Shown: positions 1 through 9,125 of the stretch, piece by piece | Position numbering within the stretch: position 1 is the stretch's first letter | Layout: the number at the start of each line of letters is the position of its first letter | Source: an uncultured Candidatus Binatia bacterium | GTDB taxonomy: Bacteria; Desulfobacterota; Binatia; UBA9968; JAJDTQ01 | Direction of reading: 5' to 3' | DNA length: 64,000 nucleotides | NCBI GenBank assembly: GCA_965204205.1 | Contig: OZ241976.1 | Span: 1,935,293-1,999,292 of the forward strand | Made by a program: the position numbers and the translations under genes | Notes under the pieces: model-generated | Database searches by the model: none | The model's input: only the letters and a program-made list of their open reading frames with translations | What the model was told of the DNA's origin: nothing

Positions 1-23
1 CCATTCTCCAGGGTCCTGCCCGC

Positions 24-1931
24 CTAGAAAGAATAGCTCGCCGTGAGCGACACGAAGTCGCGGTCCCCCAGCAGGTTGTGCTGACCGCCGCCGAAGAAGT
101 TCGTGTAGGACAACTGCGCCTGCCACGACACCAGGTAGCTCGCTCCCAGCGACAGCGTCACCGTCTTGCGGCCCTCCACGAAGTTGCCGATGGGCGCCGG
201 CGCCGTGCCGTTGACGTCGTGGGCAAAGGCGACCTGCGGCGACAGGTTCACCGGTCCCAGGGCGTTGCTGTAGACGGCGCGCAACACCGCGCGGTAACCC
301 CAGGAAAACGGATCGGCGAAGCCGCCCACCTGGTGCTTGGGCTGTAATCCTGCATCCGTAAAGCCGGGAGTGCCGCTGGTGTATGTACCCGGACCGTCGT
401 AACGCAGCACCGACTTGTCCTCCATGCCCTTAACCTGGGTGAAGCCGGCCTCCACCAGCACCAACGCTTCGCCGGCCCCGAGCATGGGCCCCAGCGCCTT
501 GGTGACCGCGACGGAACCCTGCACCACGTCCTTGCGGCGGAAGCCCGAAATCTCCTCGCCGCGACGCACCGACCCCGTTTGGCTCAGGCGTGCCAAACTC
601 TCCAGCAACAGTTTCTGCCGCCCCTGCGTCTGGGCCGCCCGGGCGTTCCAAAGCGGGCTGAACGCCGAATAGACAAGCTCGGCGTTGTCGACTTGAAGCG
701 GCTGGTTCCGGCGATAGGCAAACTCGCCCTGGAGTGCGAAACCGCTGGAGCCCAGCTCTCCGTTGAAGCTCGCGCCGATGAGGTCGATGTCCTCGGGAAA
801 CTCGCGGAAATACTTGATAGAGCCGGCATAACTGCCCGGGGCTCGGAGCGCCCGCGGATCGCCGGCTCTCAGCGACACCAGCGGCAGGCGACTGTGGATG
901 CGTGCGTAGTAGAAGCCCAGTTCGGCGTCGTTCAACGCCGCGGCAAAATACCGCAAGGCCATGCCGAACTGGCCGTCGTGGGCGGCGTCCCGGTCGGGGT
1001 CGCGTGGCACACGGGAGCAAAACCCCGTGGGGTTCATCGGCGGGCAGGCGGGGTCGCGGGTGCCGTCCCTGTCGTCCCCCGGTCTCCACCCGCCCAGTCC
1101 CAGATGGACTGTATTCGCGCCGGGACCGGCGGTATCCGTAACGGAGAAGAACGTGCCCTTCGCTTCGATCTCGGAGTGGGCCCAGCGGAACTGGTAGAAA
1201 CCTTCCAGGAACACGCTGTCGCCGATCCCCAGCTTGACGTTGGCCGCCGGGACCGGGATGAGCACGTCCCGCAACTCCGCGCCCGCGATGCGCAGCTTGG
1301 AGATGTCGGCCGGGTTGATGGAGTTGATGCCGCTACGGAGATAGACGCTTTCGCCCCAGCTTATGACCTGGTTGCCCAGCCGAATCGAAACCGGCACCGC
1401 GCCGGCGTCGAAGTCACCGTTCACGTAGGCGTCCAGGAGCTTGAAGTCGCGCCCGGCATGCCGCTTGGCGGCCGGGGACAAGGGCGTGTGCTCGGTGTCG
1501 CCATCGGCGACCACTTGATCGTAGAAATACAGCACCCGCCCAAACAGGCCCAACTCCGCGCCCTGATTCTCCAGGTTGAGCTGGAGCTCATGGTTCACCT
1601 TGGTGCTGAGAGAGACGAGGTCCCCGCGGTCGAAGTTAAGATTGCCGTCGTCATTGTTGAAGGTATACGCTTGGCCGCCGCTGCCCCGGCTGAACAGGAG
1701 TTCGTCGCGCTCCGAGACGCGCATGGCGGCGCCCATGGAAATGATGGTGTCGAAGTGTCCGGTGATGCCGCCCTGGTTGGCGGGCAACTGCATCGCGGGC
1801 GCGGAGGGAGGCCTCGACAGGCCGACTGCCGCCAGCAGGATCGCGACCGCCAACGCCGCCGGAGCCCGGCAACGGAACCTGGTTCTGCCAACACGGGCAG
1901 CAAACGCCATTCCCGATGTCATCATGCCCAT
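24..1931 (-). CDS. DUF1302 family outer-membrane beta-barrel protein
   Basis: NNDDGNLNF near the N-terminus, RLGNQVISWGES, C-terminal DRDFVSLTASYSF with terminal Phe, N-terminal signal-like stretch; GGAGG 7 nt before ATG 1931. Confidence 0.85.
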   Translation of the reverse strand: MGMMTSGMAFAARVGRTRFRCRAPAALAVAILLAAVGLSRPPSAPAMQLPANQGGITGHFDTIISMGAAMRVSERDELLFSRGSGGQAYTFNNDDGNLNFDRGDLVSLSTKVNHELQLNLENQGAELGLFGRVLYFYDQVVADGDTEHTPLSPAAKRHAGRDFKLLDAYVNGDFDAGAVPVSIRLGNQVISWGESVYLRSGINSINPADISKLRIAGAELRDVLIPVPAANVKLGIGDSVFLEGFYQFRWAHSEIEAKGTFFSVTDTAGPGANTVHLGLGGWRPGDDRDGTRDPACPPMNPTGFCSRVPRDPDRDAAHDGQFGMALRYFAAALNDAELGFYYARIHSRLPLVSLRAGDPRALRAPGSYAGSIKYFREFPEDIDLIGASFNGELGSSGFALQGEFAYRRNQPLQVDNAELVYSAFSPLWNARAAQTQGRQKLLLESLARLSQTGSVRRGEEISGFRRKDVVQGSVAVTKALGPMLGAGEALVLVEAGFTQVKGMEDKSVLRYDGPGTYTSGTPGFTDAGLQPKHQVGGFADPFSWGYRAVLRAVYSNALGPVNLSPQVAFAHDVNGTAPAPIGNFVEGRKTVTLSLGASYLVSWQAQLSYTNFFGGGQHNLLGDRDFVSLTASYSF

Positions 1932-1979
1932 CCCCTTTCCTCCAAGTCCGGCCACCGATCCCGCGCTCCGGCAACGGGG

Positions 1980-2312
1980 CTAAGTATCGGCGGGCGAGGT
2001 GCTTGATCCCGCCGCCCGCTCCAACGCGGCGTAGAAATCCTGGTAAGGGATCCCGGCGATCTCCTGGGGCATCTCCCGGACGATCTCCACGGTATAGGCG
2101 CCGGGCAGCTCGACCCCCACCACGGTGCGGACCACGAGCCGGTCGCCCGGACCGCCGTCGTCGCGAACGATGCCCACCACGTGCCGGAGCCCGTACTTGC
2201 CCCGGCCCGGCCTCAGGTCCCTCAGCACCAGCGGCGCTTCCGCGCCGAACCGGATGTCCCCCGGCCGGCGCACGAAGGTGTCCCAGACCGCGGCCTCATT
2301 GCTTGAAGCCAT
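1980..2312 (-). CDS. Small protein resembling phenylphosphate carboxylase gamma subunit
   Basis: WDTFV...LRDLRPGRGKY...DRLVVR..G pattern, recalled as similar to the Phenyl_P_gamma family; overlaps the 3' end of the UbiD gene (coupled). Confidence 0.65.
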   Translation of the reverse strand: MASSNEAAVWDTFVRRPGDIRFGAEAPLVLRDLRPGRGKYGLRHVVGIVRDDGGPGDRLVVRTVVGVELPGAYTVEIVREMPQEIAGIPYQDFYAALERAAGSSTSPADT

Positions 2313-3729
2313 AGTCGCTCCAGTTCTTCAGCACCTTCTCCCGCACCTCACGGGAGAAGATCGAGTCCAGCGTCGCCTTCACCGGAGTCTCCCACTCCCG
2401 CGACCACTCCCCCGGCCAGGTGCAGTCGTACAGCACCGTGGCGCCCTTCTGCGCCGCCCGCTCTGCCTGGCTGTAGCAGGGCGTCAGGGTGTTGGCCCGG
2501 CCCTCGTAGTGGATGACGTGGATGCCGTTGGCCGGATGGCACTTGGTGGAGAAGGCGTGGAGGACCTTGCCCATGTCGAACACGTCGGTGTCGGTATCCA
2601 CCAGGAAGAGCTTGGACAAGAGCGCCCGGCGCGAGGTCAGCACCTGGAGCACCTTGCGGGCCACCTCCTGCCCGCCGTAGTCCACGCTCATGACCGCCAG
2701 GTGCACCGCGCCCTCGGGCGGCACGTACACGTCCCGCACCGGCACGCCGTGGCGCTCGAGCCGGCGCTTGATGGCCAAGGCGCCCGACAGCGCGGTCACC
2801 GTGGAGCTGTCGTCCTTGTAGCCGGTGGCGTCGACGGTGAGCACGGGCTTCTCGCGATGGGTGATGGCGGTGGCGCGGAAGAGGATGCCGTTCCCCATCT
2901 CGCCGGTGCGGTAGCCCGGGTACTCGCCGTAGGGACCCTCCAGCCCCACCCGGTCGGGCAGCACCTCGCCCTCGATGACGATCTCGGAATGGGCCGGCAC
3001 CAGCAGGTCGCTGGTCTCGCAGCGCACCATTTCCACCGGACGGCCGCGCAGCCCGCCGGCCAGGCTGGCCTCGTCGCCCCCCAGGGCGTAGGTGGCGGCG
3101 GCGGCAAAGTGGGACAGCGGGTCGGTGCCGATGGCGATGGCCAGCGGCATGGGCTTCCCCTTGGCGACGTAGTGCTCCTGGAAGACCTTGCCCAGGTGGC
3201 TCGTGGGCCTGGGGAAGCCGGTCAGGTGGTGCGCGTCGTAGACCATGAACCGGTACATGCCCCAGTTGACCCAGCCGCTGTCCGCGTCCTTGGAGATCAC
3301 CAGGTCCCAGGTGCCCAGGTAGCGTCCGCCGTCGCCCTCGTGCAGCATGGGGGTGGGAAGGTCGAAGAGGTTGGCGTCCGCGCCCAGGCGGACCACCTGC
3401 TTGCACGGCGCTTCCGTCACCTCCACCGGATCGATGGGGTTGGCCTCGCCCTTCTCATAGGCTTCGTAGATCGCCCGCACCGCGGCGGTGGGCTCCAGCC
3501 CCAGCGCGATGGCGATACGACGCCACGTGGCCACCGGGTTGACGAAGACGGAGACCTCGTCGAGGTAGTCCGTGACGCGCTTGAACCATACCGCCGGCCC
3601 GTCCTTCTCGCACGCCAGCCGGCTGATGGCGCCGAGCTCCAGGTCCCAGCTCACCTCCTTCTCCACCTCCACTAGGTCGCCGGACCGGCGAAGCGCCTCA
3701 ACGAAGCCGCGATTGTCGTCGAAAATCAT
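2296..3729 (-). CDS. UbiD-family prFMN-dependent (de)carboxylase, phenylphosphate carboxylase alpha-subunit-like
   Basis: HEGDGGRY, NWGMYR, EIVIEG and EGPYGEYPGY catalytic motifs; C-terminal DCTWP...EKVLKNWSDYGFK. Confidence 0.9.
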   Translation of the reverse strand: MIFDDNRGFVEALRRSGDLVEVEKEVSWDLELGAISRLACEKDGPAVWFKRVTDYLDEVSVFVNPVATWRRIAIALGLEPTAAVRAIYEAYEKGEANPIDPVEVTEAPCKQVVRLGADANLFDLPTPMLHEGDGGRYLGTWDLVISKDADSGWVNWGMYRFMVYDAHHLTGFPRPTSHLGKVFQEHYVAKGKPMPLAIAIGTDPLSHFAAAATYALGGDEASLAGGLRGRPVEMVRCETSDLLVPAHSEIVIEGEVLPDRVGLEGPYGEYPGYRTGEMGNGILFRATAITHREKPVLTVDATGYKDDSSTVTALSGALAIKRRLERHGVPVRDVYVPPEGAVHLAVMSVDYGGQEVARKVLQVLTSRRALLSKLFLVDTDTDVFDMGKVLHAFSTKCHPANGIHVIHYEGRANTLTPCYSQAERAAQKGATVLYDCTWPGEWSREWETPVKATLDSIFSREVREKVLKNWSDYGFKQ

Positions 3730-3819
3730 GCCGCAAAACGTAAGGTGCCCATCATTCGATTGCAAGCGACCACCAGGGGCGCTCGCATCCTCCCACGCGC
3801 TTTCCGGAAGCCCGTTGCG

Positions 3820-5169
3820 CTAAGACCCTCGGTTGTCGCGGATTCGCCGCACCTTGATGCGGTCTTCCACTCCCAGGGAACGTCCCAACTCCCCCGGCGA
3901 CAGCAGCACGGCCTCCATGGTGAGGCTCGTGGCCACCTTGAGCTCACGCTCCAGCCGTGCCTTGATATCACCCGTGGCCTCGCACCCGGCGCGCATCTCC
4001 ACCTCCACCGTCAGGGTGTCCTGCTGGCCTGGACGGTCCACCGTCACCAAATACTCGCGGGTGAGCTCGGGCAGCCCCTCCAGCGCGGTCTCCACCGACG
4101 TCGGATAGAACGGGATGCCGCTCACCTTGACCATGTCGCTCAGGCGGCCCCTGAGCTTGGAGATGCGCCGGAAGGTGCGGCCGCAGCCGCAGTCGCCCTC
4201 GATGAACGTACACAGGTCCTCGATGTTGTAGCGGATCACCGGCGCCGCCTCCTTGAAGAGGCAGGTGACCACCAGCACACCCTCCTCGCCGGCCGGCACG
4301 GGCTCGTGGGTGGCCGGGTCCAGCACCTCGAAGATGTAGGCGTCCTCGTTGATGTGATAGCCGCTCCGCTCCTCGCATTCGAAGGTGGGGGAGCCGGTCT
4401 CCACGCTGCCGAAGTTGTCGTAGGCGGACACGCCCCAGCGGCTCTCGATGGCCCGCCGCGCCGCCTCGGTCATGGTCTCGGAGGTGTGAATGGTGCGGCG
4501 CAGGCGGAAGTCCTTCCGGAGATCGAATCCCTGCCGCTCCGCCACGTCGGCCAGGTGCAGCACGTAGGAAGGCGTGCCTGCCAGCACGGTGACGCGCCAG
4601 TCCCGCGCGATCTTCACCTGCCGCTCGCTCGGCGTGACGCTGCCGCTGCCGGTGGGCACCACCAGCGCGCCAAGCCGCATGGCGCCCTCGGAGGCCGTGA
4701 ACCCGACGATGAACAGCGTATAGGCGAACACGATCTGAAGGATGTCCCCTTCCCTAACCCCCTGGGCATGGAAGCGCCGGCTCCACAGCCGGGCGATGAT
4801 GTCCCAGTCGTTGCGGGTGAAGAAGAAGGGCTTGGGGTTTCCCGAGGTTCCCGAGCTTGCCTGCACCCGCACCGCGGTGAAGTCGCCCTGGTAGTCGCCG
4901 AACGGCGGATGCAGCCGCAGGCTGTCCTCGAAGTCGCTCTTGCGGATGACCGGGAGCTTGCGGATGTCGCCGGCGGCGCGGATGTCGCCGGGCTCGATGC
5001 CGTGAGCCTTCCAGCGGTCGCGGTAGAACGGAATGCGGTCCCAGGACCGCCGCACCAGTGAGGCCAGGCGCTCGCCCTGGAGTTGCCGGATCGTTTCCGG
5101 CGAACAGGTCTCGATCTTCAGGCTCTCGGGAGCGCCCGGGTACATCTCGGTAGGATGTTTCCTATCCAT
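3820..5169 (-). CDS. Phenylacetate--CoA ligase family (PaaK-like) aryl/acyl-CoA ligase
   Basis: SSGTSGNPK P-loop, TPSY, NFGSVE, PVIRYNIED, CGCGRT, GRLSDM motifs. Confidence 0.88.
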   Translation of the reverse strand: MDRKHPTEMYPGAPESLKIETCSPETIRQLQGERLASLVRRSWDRIPFYRDRWKAHGIEPGDIRAAGDIRKLPVIRKSDFEDSLRLHPPFGDYQGDFTAVRVQASSGTSGNPKPFFFTRNDWDIIARLWSRRFHAQGVREGDILQIVFAYTLFIVGFTASEGAMRLGALVVPTGSGSVTPSERQVKIARDWRVTVLAGTPSYVLHLADVAERQGFDLRKDFRLRRTIHTSETMTEAARRAIESRWGVSAYDNFGSVETGSPTFECEERSGYHINEDAYIFEVLDPATHEPVPAGEEGVLVVTCLFKEAAPVIRYNIEDLCTFIEGDCGCGRTFRRISKLRGRLSDMVKVSGIPFYPTSVETALEGLPELTREYLVTVDRPGQQDTLTVEVEMRAGCEATGDIKARLERELKVATSLTMEAVLLSPGELGRSLGVEDRIKVRRIRDNRGS

Positions 5170-5185
5170 TCGGCCCGCTGGTCCG

Positions 5186-5482
5186 TTACCGCTTGTTTCT
5201 ATCGAGCACTTCTCCCAGCTTGGCCTCCGCCGCATTGAACATGTCCGCAAGAACCTCCCGGCGCCGCTCCTTCAGTCGTTCAACCCGCCGCCACAATATG
5301 TCCTTGATCTCGGTGACTGCCTGCTCACGTACTTCCGCCGGAAGCGTGCCGTCTGTCCTGAACTCGTACTTCTCCACCGTGAATTCGGCAATGTCGGTAA
5401 TGTTGTCCCCCACGAGCTCTACATCCAACGCGGTCTGTATTCTCTCAATCCGTTGTCGCAGTTCGTCTTGACTGTCGCTCAT
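5186..5482 (-). CDS. Hypothetical helical protein (98 aa)
   Basis: ORF with GGAG RBS, tightly packed between co-oriented genes; no recognisable family. Confidence 0.7.
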   Translation of the reverse strand: MSDSQDELRQRIERIQTALDVELVGDNITDIAEFTVEKYEFRTDGTLPAEVREQAVTEIKDILWRRVERLKERRREVLADMFNAAEAKLGEVLDRNKR

Positions 5483-5492
5483 CTTCGGGCTC

Positions 5493-5846
5493 CTAGCTTT
5501 TCTCCAGTGCCTCGACCGCCGCGACCTGCGTGTCGTAGACCGTGATGATCTTGTCGAAGCCGCTGACTTCGACGATACCGCGGACCGAGTCGGACAACGC
5601 GCATATCGCGAACTTCTTCCCCTCCCCGCTGAACCTCCGGGCCATCCGCAGGCCGACCCGAAGACCCGCGCTGCTGAAGAAGGTCACGTGCTCGAAGTCA
5701 AGGAGCAAGGCCTGGTCCCCGGCATCGATCCCGAGGTCCAGCATACGCTCGAACACTTCGGCGTTGCGGCTGTCGAAACGACCCTCGAGCATCGCGATCA
5801 GGATTCGATCTTTCCGGCCCCACTTGATGTCGATTTCCATTGGCAT
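5493..5846 (-). CDS. STAS-domain anti-sigma factor antagonist
   Basis: LEGRFD...LLLDFEHVTFFSSAGLR...IVEVSGFD pattern; AGGAG RBS. Confidence 0.88.
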   Translation of the reverse strand: MPMEIDIKWGRKDRILIAMLEGRFDSRNAEVFERMLDLGIDAGDQALLLDFEHVTFFSSAGLRVGLRMARRFSGEGKKFAICALSDSVRGIVEVSGFDKIITVYDTQVAAVEALEKS

Positions 5847-5909
5847 CCGACTCCTTTCCTTCCAGGACGGCGACCGACGCGCGTACGCTGTCGACACCGC
5901 GGCGCCCCG

Positions 5910-6977
5910 CTACGGGTGGATCGTCTCCAGGAACCAGTCCGTGGGAATCTCCCTGCCCAATCCCTCCTTCTTTGCCAGTTCCAGCACCCTGGCCCCCACC
6001 GCTGCGAACTGGATGCCCATGCCGACGTTGTTCTTGTAGACGGTGATGTCGGAGTCGCGGGTCCGGCCCGTGGCCTCGCCGATCATCAGCTTGCCCAGTT
6101 CATGGATCTTGTCCCAGCCGAACACCCCCTTCTCGATGGGCTTCAGCAGGTCGGGATGGCCGGCGTACTCCGATTGGGCGCGGGAATTGATGATGATCAC
6201 GTCGGCGCGGCGTAGCGTCACCTCGTCCAGCTCGAAACGCTTTACCGATTCGTCGCTGTTCACGATGTTGCCCACGTGAGTGCCCTCCTCCAGCCACTCG
6301 CCCTTGAACGTCGGCACGTTGGTGTTGGTGGCGGACATGACGATGTCCGAACCGACCACGACGTCCCTGGGATCGTCCATGGCGGTTACCGGTATCCCCA
6401 GACGCTCGTCCCATTCCGCGGCGAATGCCCGCCGGTGCTCAGGGGTCGGACTGAACACCTTGACCCTCTCGAGCGTCCGCACCTTGGAGATGGCCTCGAT
6501 GTGGGCGCCCGCCTGGAGACCCGAGCCGAAGAGGCCCAGCACCCGGGAGTCCTCCCGGGCCAGGTACTTGACGCCGAGCGCGCTGGTGGCCCCCACCCGG
6601 GTCTTCTGCAGAAACCCGTCCTGGATGATGGCCAGAGGCTCGCCCGTCTCCAGGCTGAAGAGCTGGATCAGGCCCACGAACTTCTTCCCCGGCGCGGCCG
6701 GAACCTTCTCCTGCCGGACCAACCCGGAAACGGTGGGGAAGTGGACGATATCCGAAGAGATGCGCAAAGCCATGACGCCAAAGCGAGGGACCGCTCCGTT
6801 CATGGTCTTGAGACGGTAGGACTGCTTGGAGCTCTCCAACGAGACGTAGGTGTGGGTGCGAAGCTGGTTGACCGCGATTTCCCGGCCGAGATCCATGAAG
6901 GCCTGCTCGACAGCCTCCATGCAGTCATCCATGGTGAGCACCTTCTCGACATCGTCGTTGTTCAGAATATGCGTCAT
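5910..6977 (-). CDS. Ornithine cyclodeaminase/mu-crystallin family protein (paralog 1)
   Basis: LFSLETGEPLAII, RVGATSALG, GLFGSGLQA Rossmann motif, GRTRDSDITVYKNNVG. Confidence 0.9.
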   Translation of the reverse strand: MTHILNNDDVEKVLTMDDCMEAVEQAFMDLGREIAVNQLRTHTYVSLESSKQSYRLKTMNGAVPRFGVMALRISSDIVHFPTVSGLVRQEKVPAAPGKKFVGLIQLFSLETGEPLAIIQDGFLQKTRVGATSALGVKYLAREDSRVLGLFGSGLQAGAHIEAISKVRTLERVKVFSPTPEHRRAFAAEWDERLGIPVTAMDDPRDVVVGSDIVMSATNTNVPTFKGEWLEEGTHVGNIVNSDESVKRFELDEVTLRRADVIIINSRAQSEYAGHPDLLKPIEKGVFGWDKIHELGKLMIGEATGRTRDSDITVYKNNVGMGIQFAAVGARVLELAKKEGLGREIPTDWFLETIHP

Positions 6978-7054
6978 CGCCGTGTCATCCTCCCGGCCCC
7001 GCCACCCTTGGCCCGTCGCAACGGGCGCGCCACCACGGGCTTACGGTGGTCCGG

Positions 7055-7621
7055 CTATCCCACCGGCTCGATCAGCGACACCGCACCGGTCTCAAGATTG
7101 TAGCGCCGGCGGAGGATCCGGGTGAGATCGGCGCTCAGGAACCGGAAGACCACGGCAGGCGGCTCGGCCACCTGTGTCGAATGGATCTGGCCCGTCAGGT
7201 AAGGGTAGACGACGCCGGGCCCCAGCTTGTGGACCTCCTTGATGCGCAAATCTGCCTTGTCGGCGTTCCTGCCGTCGTCGGTGCGCTCGTAGAGGGGTAT
7301 TTCGGTGAGTCCCGTATAGGCGCCGTAAACCACCCAGCAGGGCCCGTGGTCATGGGGTGTGTTGCCGTGTCCTTCGGGATGCACATGTCCCATCTGGACG
7401 AACCCGTAGTCCGGATCCCGGTAGAGCTCCCGTGACGGGTCGGCGTCACGGATGATCTCCGCCATCCAGGGGTCGTCCGGACGGGTGTCCGCGATCATCC
7501 TCTCCATGGCGGCCTTTACCCTGAAGGGCAACTCCGCGTCCTGACTGTCACGCCAAAGGGAGCGCAGCTCCTCGATGTAACGGTCGAACGTGCTGTCTGT
7601 CACTGCCGGATCGAGCGCCAT
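7055..7621 (-). CDS. Cupin-fold, cysteine-dioxygenase-like metal-binding protein
   Basis: TPHDHGPCWVVYG...GQIHS three-His cupin motif; GGAGG RBS. Confidence 0.7.
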   Translation of the reverse strand: MALDPAVTDSTFDRYIEELRSLWRDSQDAELPFRVKAAMERMIADTRPDDPWMAEIIRDADPSRELYRDPDYGFVQMGHVHPEGHGNTPHDHGPCWVVYGAYTGLTEIPLYERTDDGRNADKADLRIKEVHKLGPGVVYPYLTGQIHSTQVAEPPAVVFRFLSADLTRILRRRYNLETGAVSLIEPVG

Positions 7622-7755
7622 TTCACACCTCCTCCGTGAGTTCCTCAGGCCGCCGCAAAGATCTCACCACGGCCCGAGCGTTGGCGGATTATACAGTAAC
7701 ACCCAGGCGAATCAAAGAGGCCCCACGGCGCCGAAGCAACAAATGAAATACGTTC

Positions 7756-7773
7756 GATATCAATTGTGATATC
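7756..7773. promoter_or_regulatory. Palindromic operator candidate GATATCA-attg-TGATATC
   Basis: Perfect 7-bp inverted arms in an AT-rich divergent intergenic region; TTGACA at 7825-7830 nearby. Confidence 0.45.
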
Positions 7774-7973
7774 AGTAGAATCGGGCACTTCGATCTGCCG
7801 TTGGACCCGCGAAGCACGTGCAGCTTGACAATATCAGACCGTTTGGGGAATCATCGGCGCGTTCCGGCGTAGATGAAACAAACCTCCTGACAAAACGACG
7901 CACATTGGAAGGAGTTGATGGGCGCGTAGCGGCTGACCGCGCGCAACGAACAGCGATTCACAGCGAGGTGCCG

Positions 7974-9065
7974 ATGCTTCTTCTCAACAACGACGACGTC
8001 CATGAACTGTTGGACATGAAGACCTGCCTGGAAGCCCTGGAAACGGGCTACCGGGATCTGGCCGCCGGAAATGCGGTGCACCGGCCCCGACTGGACGTCT
8101 GGGCCCCCAGCGACGAGCAGGACGCGTTCTTCCGCTGGGGCAGCATGGAAGGGGTGTGCCGGACCTACGGCACCTTCGCCATCCGCATGAAGTCCGACAT
8201 GGTGCGTTGGCCCGAGGGCGCCAACGAGGAGAAGTACTGCATCGAGCCCGGCACCTTCTGCGGCCTCGTCATGCTCTTCAGCACCAACAACGGCGAACCC
8301 CTGGCGATCATCAACGACGGCATCATCCAGCACATGCGGGTGGGCGCGGGCGCCGGCCTCGGGGTCAAGTATCTCGCCCGGGAAGATGCCGAGGTGGTGG
8401 GCATCATCGGCTCCGGCGGCATGGCGCGCACGTATCTGCAGGCTTTCGCGGAGGTCCGCAAGCTGAGCCGGGTGAAGGTGTACAGCCGTTCCCGGGGGCG
8501 CCGCGAGACCTATGCGGAGGAAATGAGGGAGTTGCTCGGCCTTCGGATCGACGTCCTCGACAACCCCGAAGACGTCGTGCGCGGGTCCGATGTCGTCTCC
8601 ACCTGCACGGACTCCATCGTCCCCGTGCTCACCGACCCCGACTGGCTCGAGCCCGGCATGCACGTGACCAACCTCGACCTGCGCGAGTTCGCGGCCGCCG
8701 ACGTCTGGGACAGGTTCGACGTCACCGTACGGCTGGGAGACCAGACCATGAGCCGCAAGCAGATGGAAAACGACTTCCGGCCGTTTCACTTCGCCGGATA
8801 CACCGCGGGCCAGCCGGAGGAGCTGGCGCGCATCCCCAAGTCCAGGGTCCACATCGACGAGGAGCAGTACCCGAGGCTCGTGGAAGTGGTCAGGGGCGAC
8901 GCTCCGGGCCGTTCCTCGCCGGAACAGATCACCTGCTTCATCAACGTCGGGACCCAGGGCCTGCAGTTCGCCTCGGTGGGAGGGCGGTTGTATCAACTGG
9001 CCAAGGAACGCGGGGTCGGCCGCGAGCTGCCCACCGAGTGGTTCGTCCAGGACATCAGGGACTGA
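7974..9065 (+). CDS. Ornithine cyclodeaminase/mu-crystallin family protein (paralog 2)
   Basis: LFSTNNGEPLAII, RVGAGAGLG, GIIGSGGMA, GRSSPEQITCF; GAGG RBS. Confidence 0.9.
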   Translation: MLLLNNDDVHELLDMKTCLEALETGYRDLAAGNAVHRPRLDVWAPSDEQDAFFRWGSMEGVCRTYGTFAIRMKSDMVRWPEGANEEKYCIEPGTFCGLVMLFSTNNGEPLAIINDGIIQHMRVGAGAGLGVKYLAREDAEVVGIIGSGGMARTYLQAFAEVRKLSRVKVYSRSRGRRETYAEEMRELLGLRIDVLDNPEDVVRGSDVVSTCTDSIVPVLTDPDWLEPGMHVTNLDLREFAAADVWDRFDVTVRLGDQTMSRKQMENDFRPFHFAGYTAGQPEELARIPKSRVHIDEEQYPRLVEVVRGDAPGRSSPEQITCFINVGTQGLQFASVGGRLYQLAKERGVGRELPTEWFVQDIRD

Positions 9066-9125
9066 GCCTCGCGAGACGCGAACACCACCTGGGAGCCCGC
9101 TGCTCCCCTTTTGAACGGAGCATTT

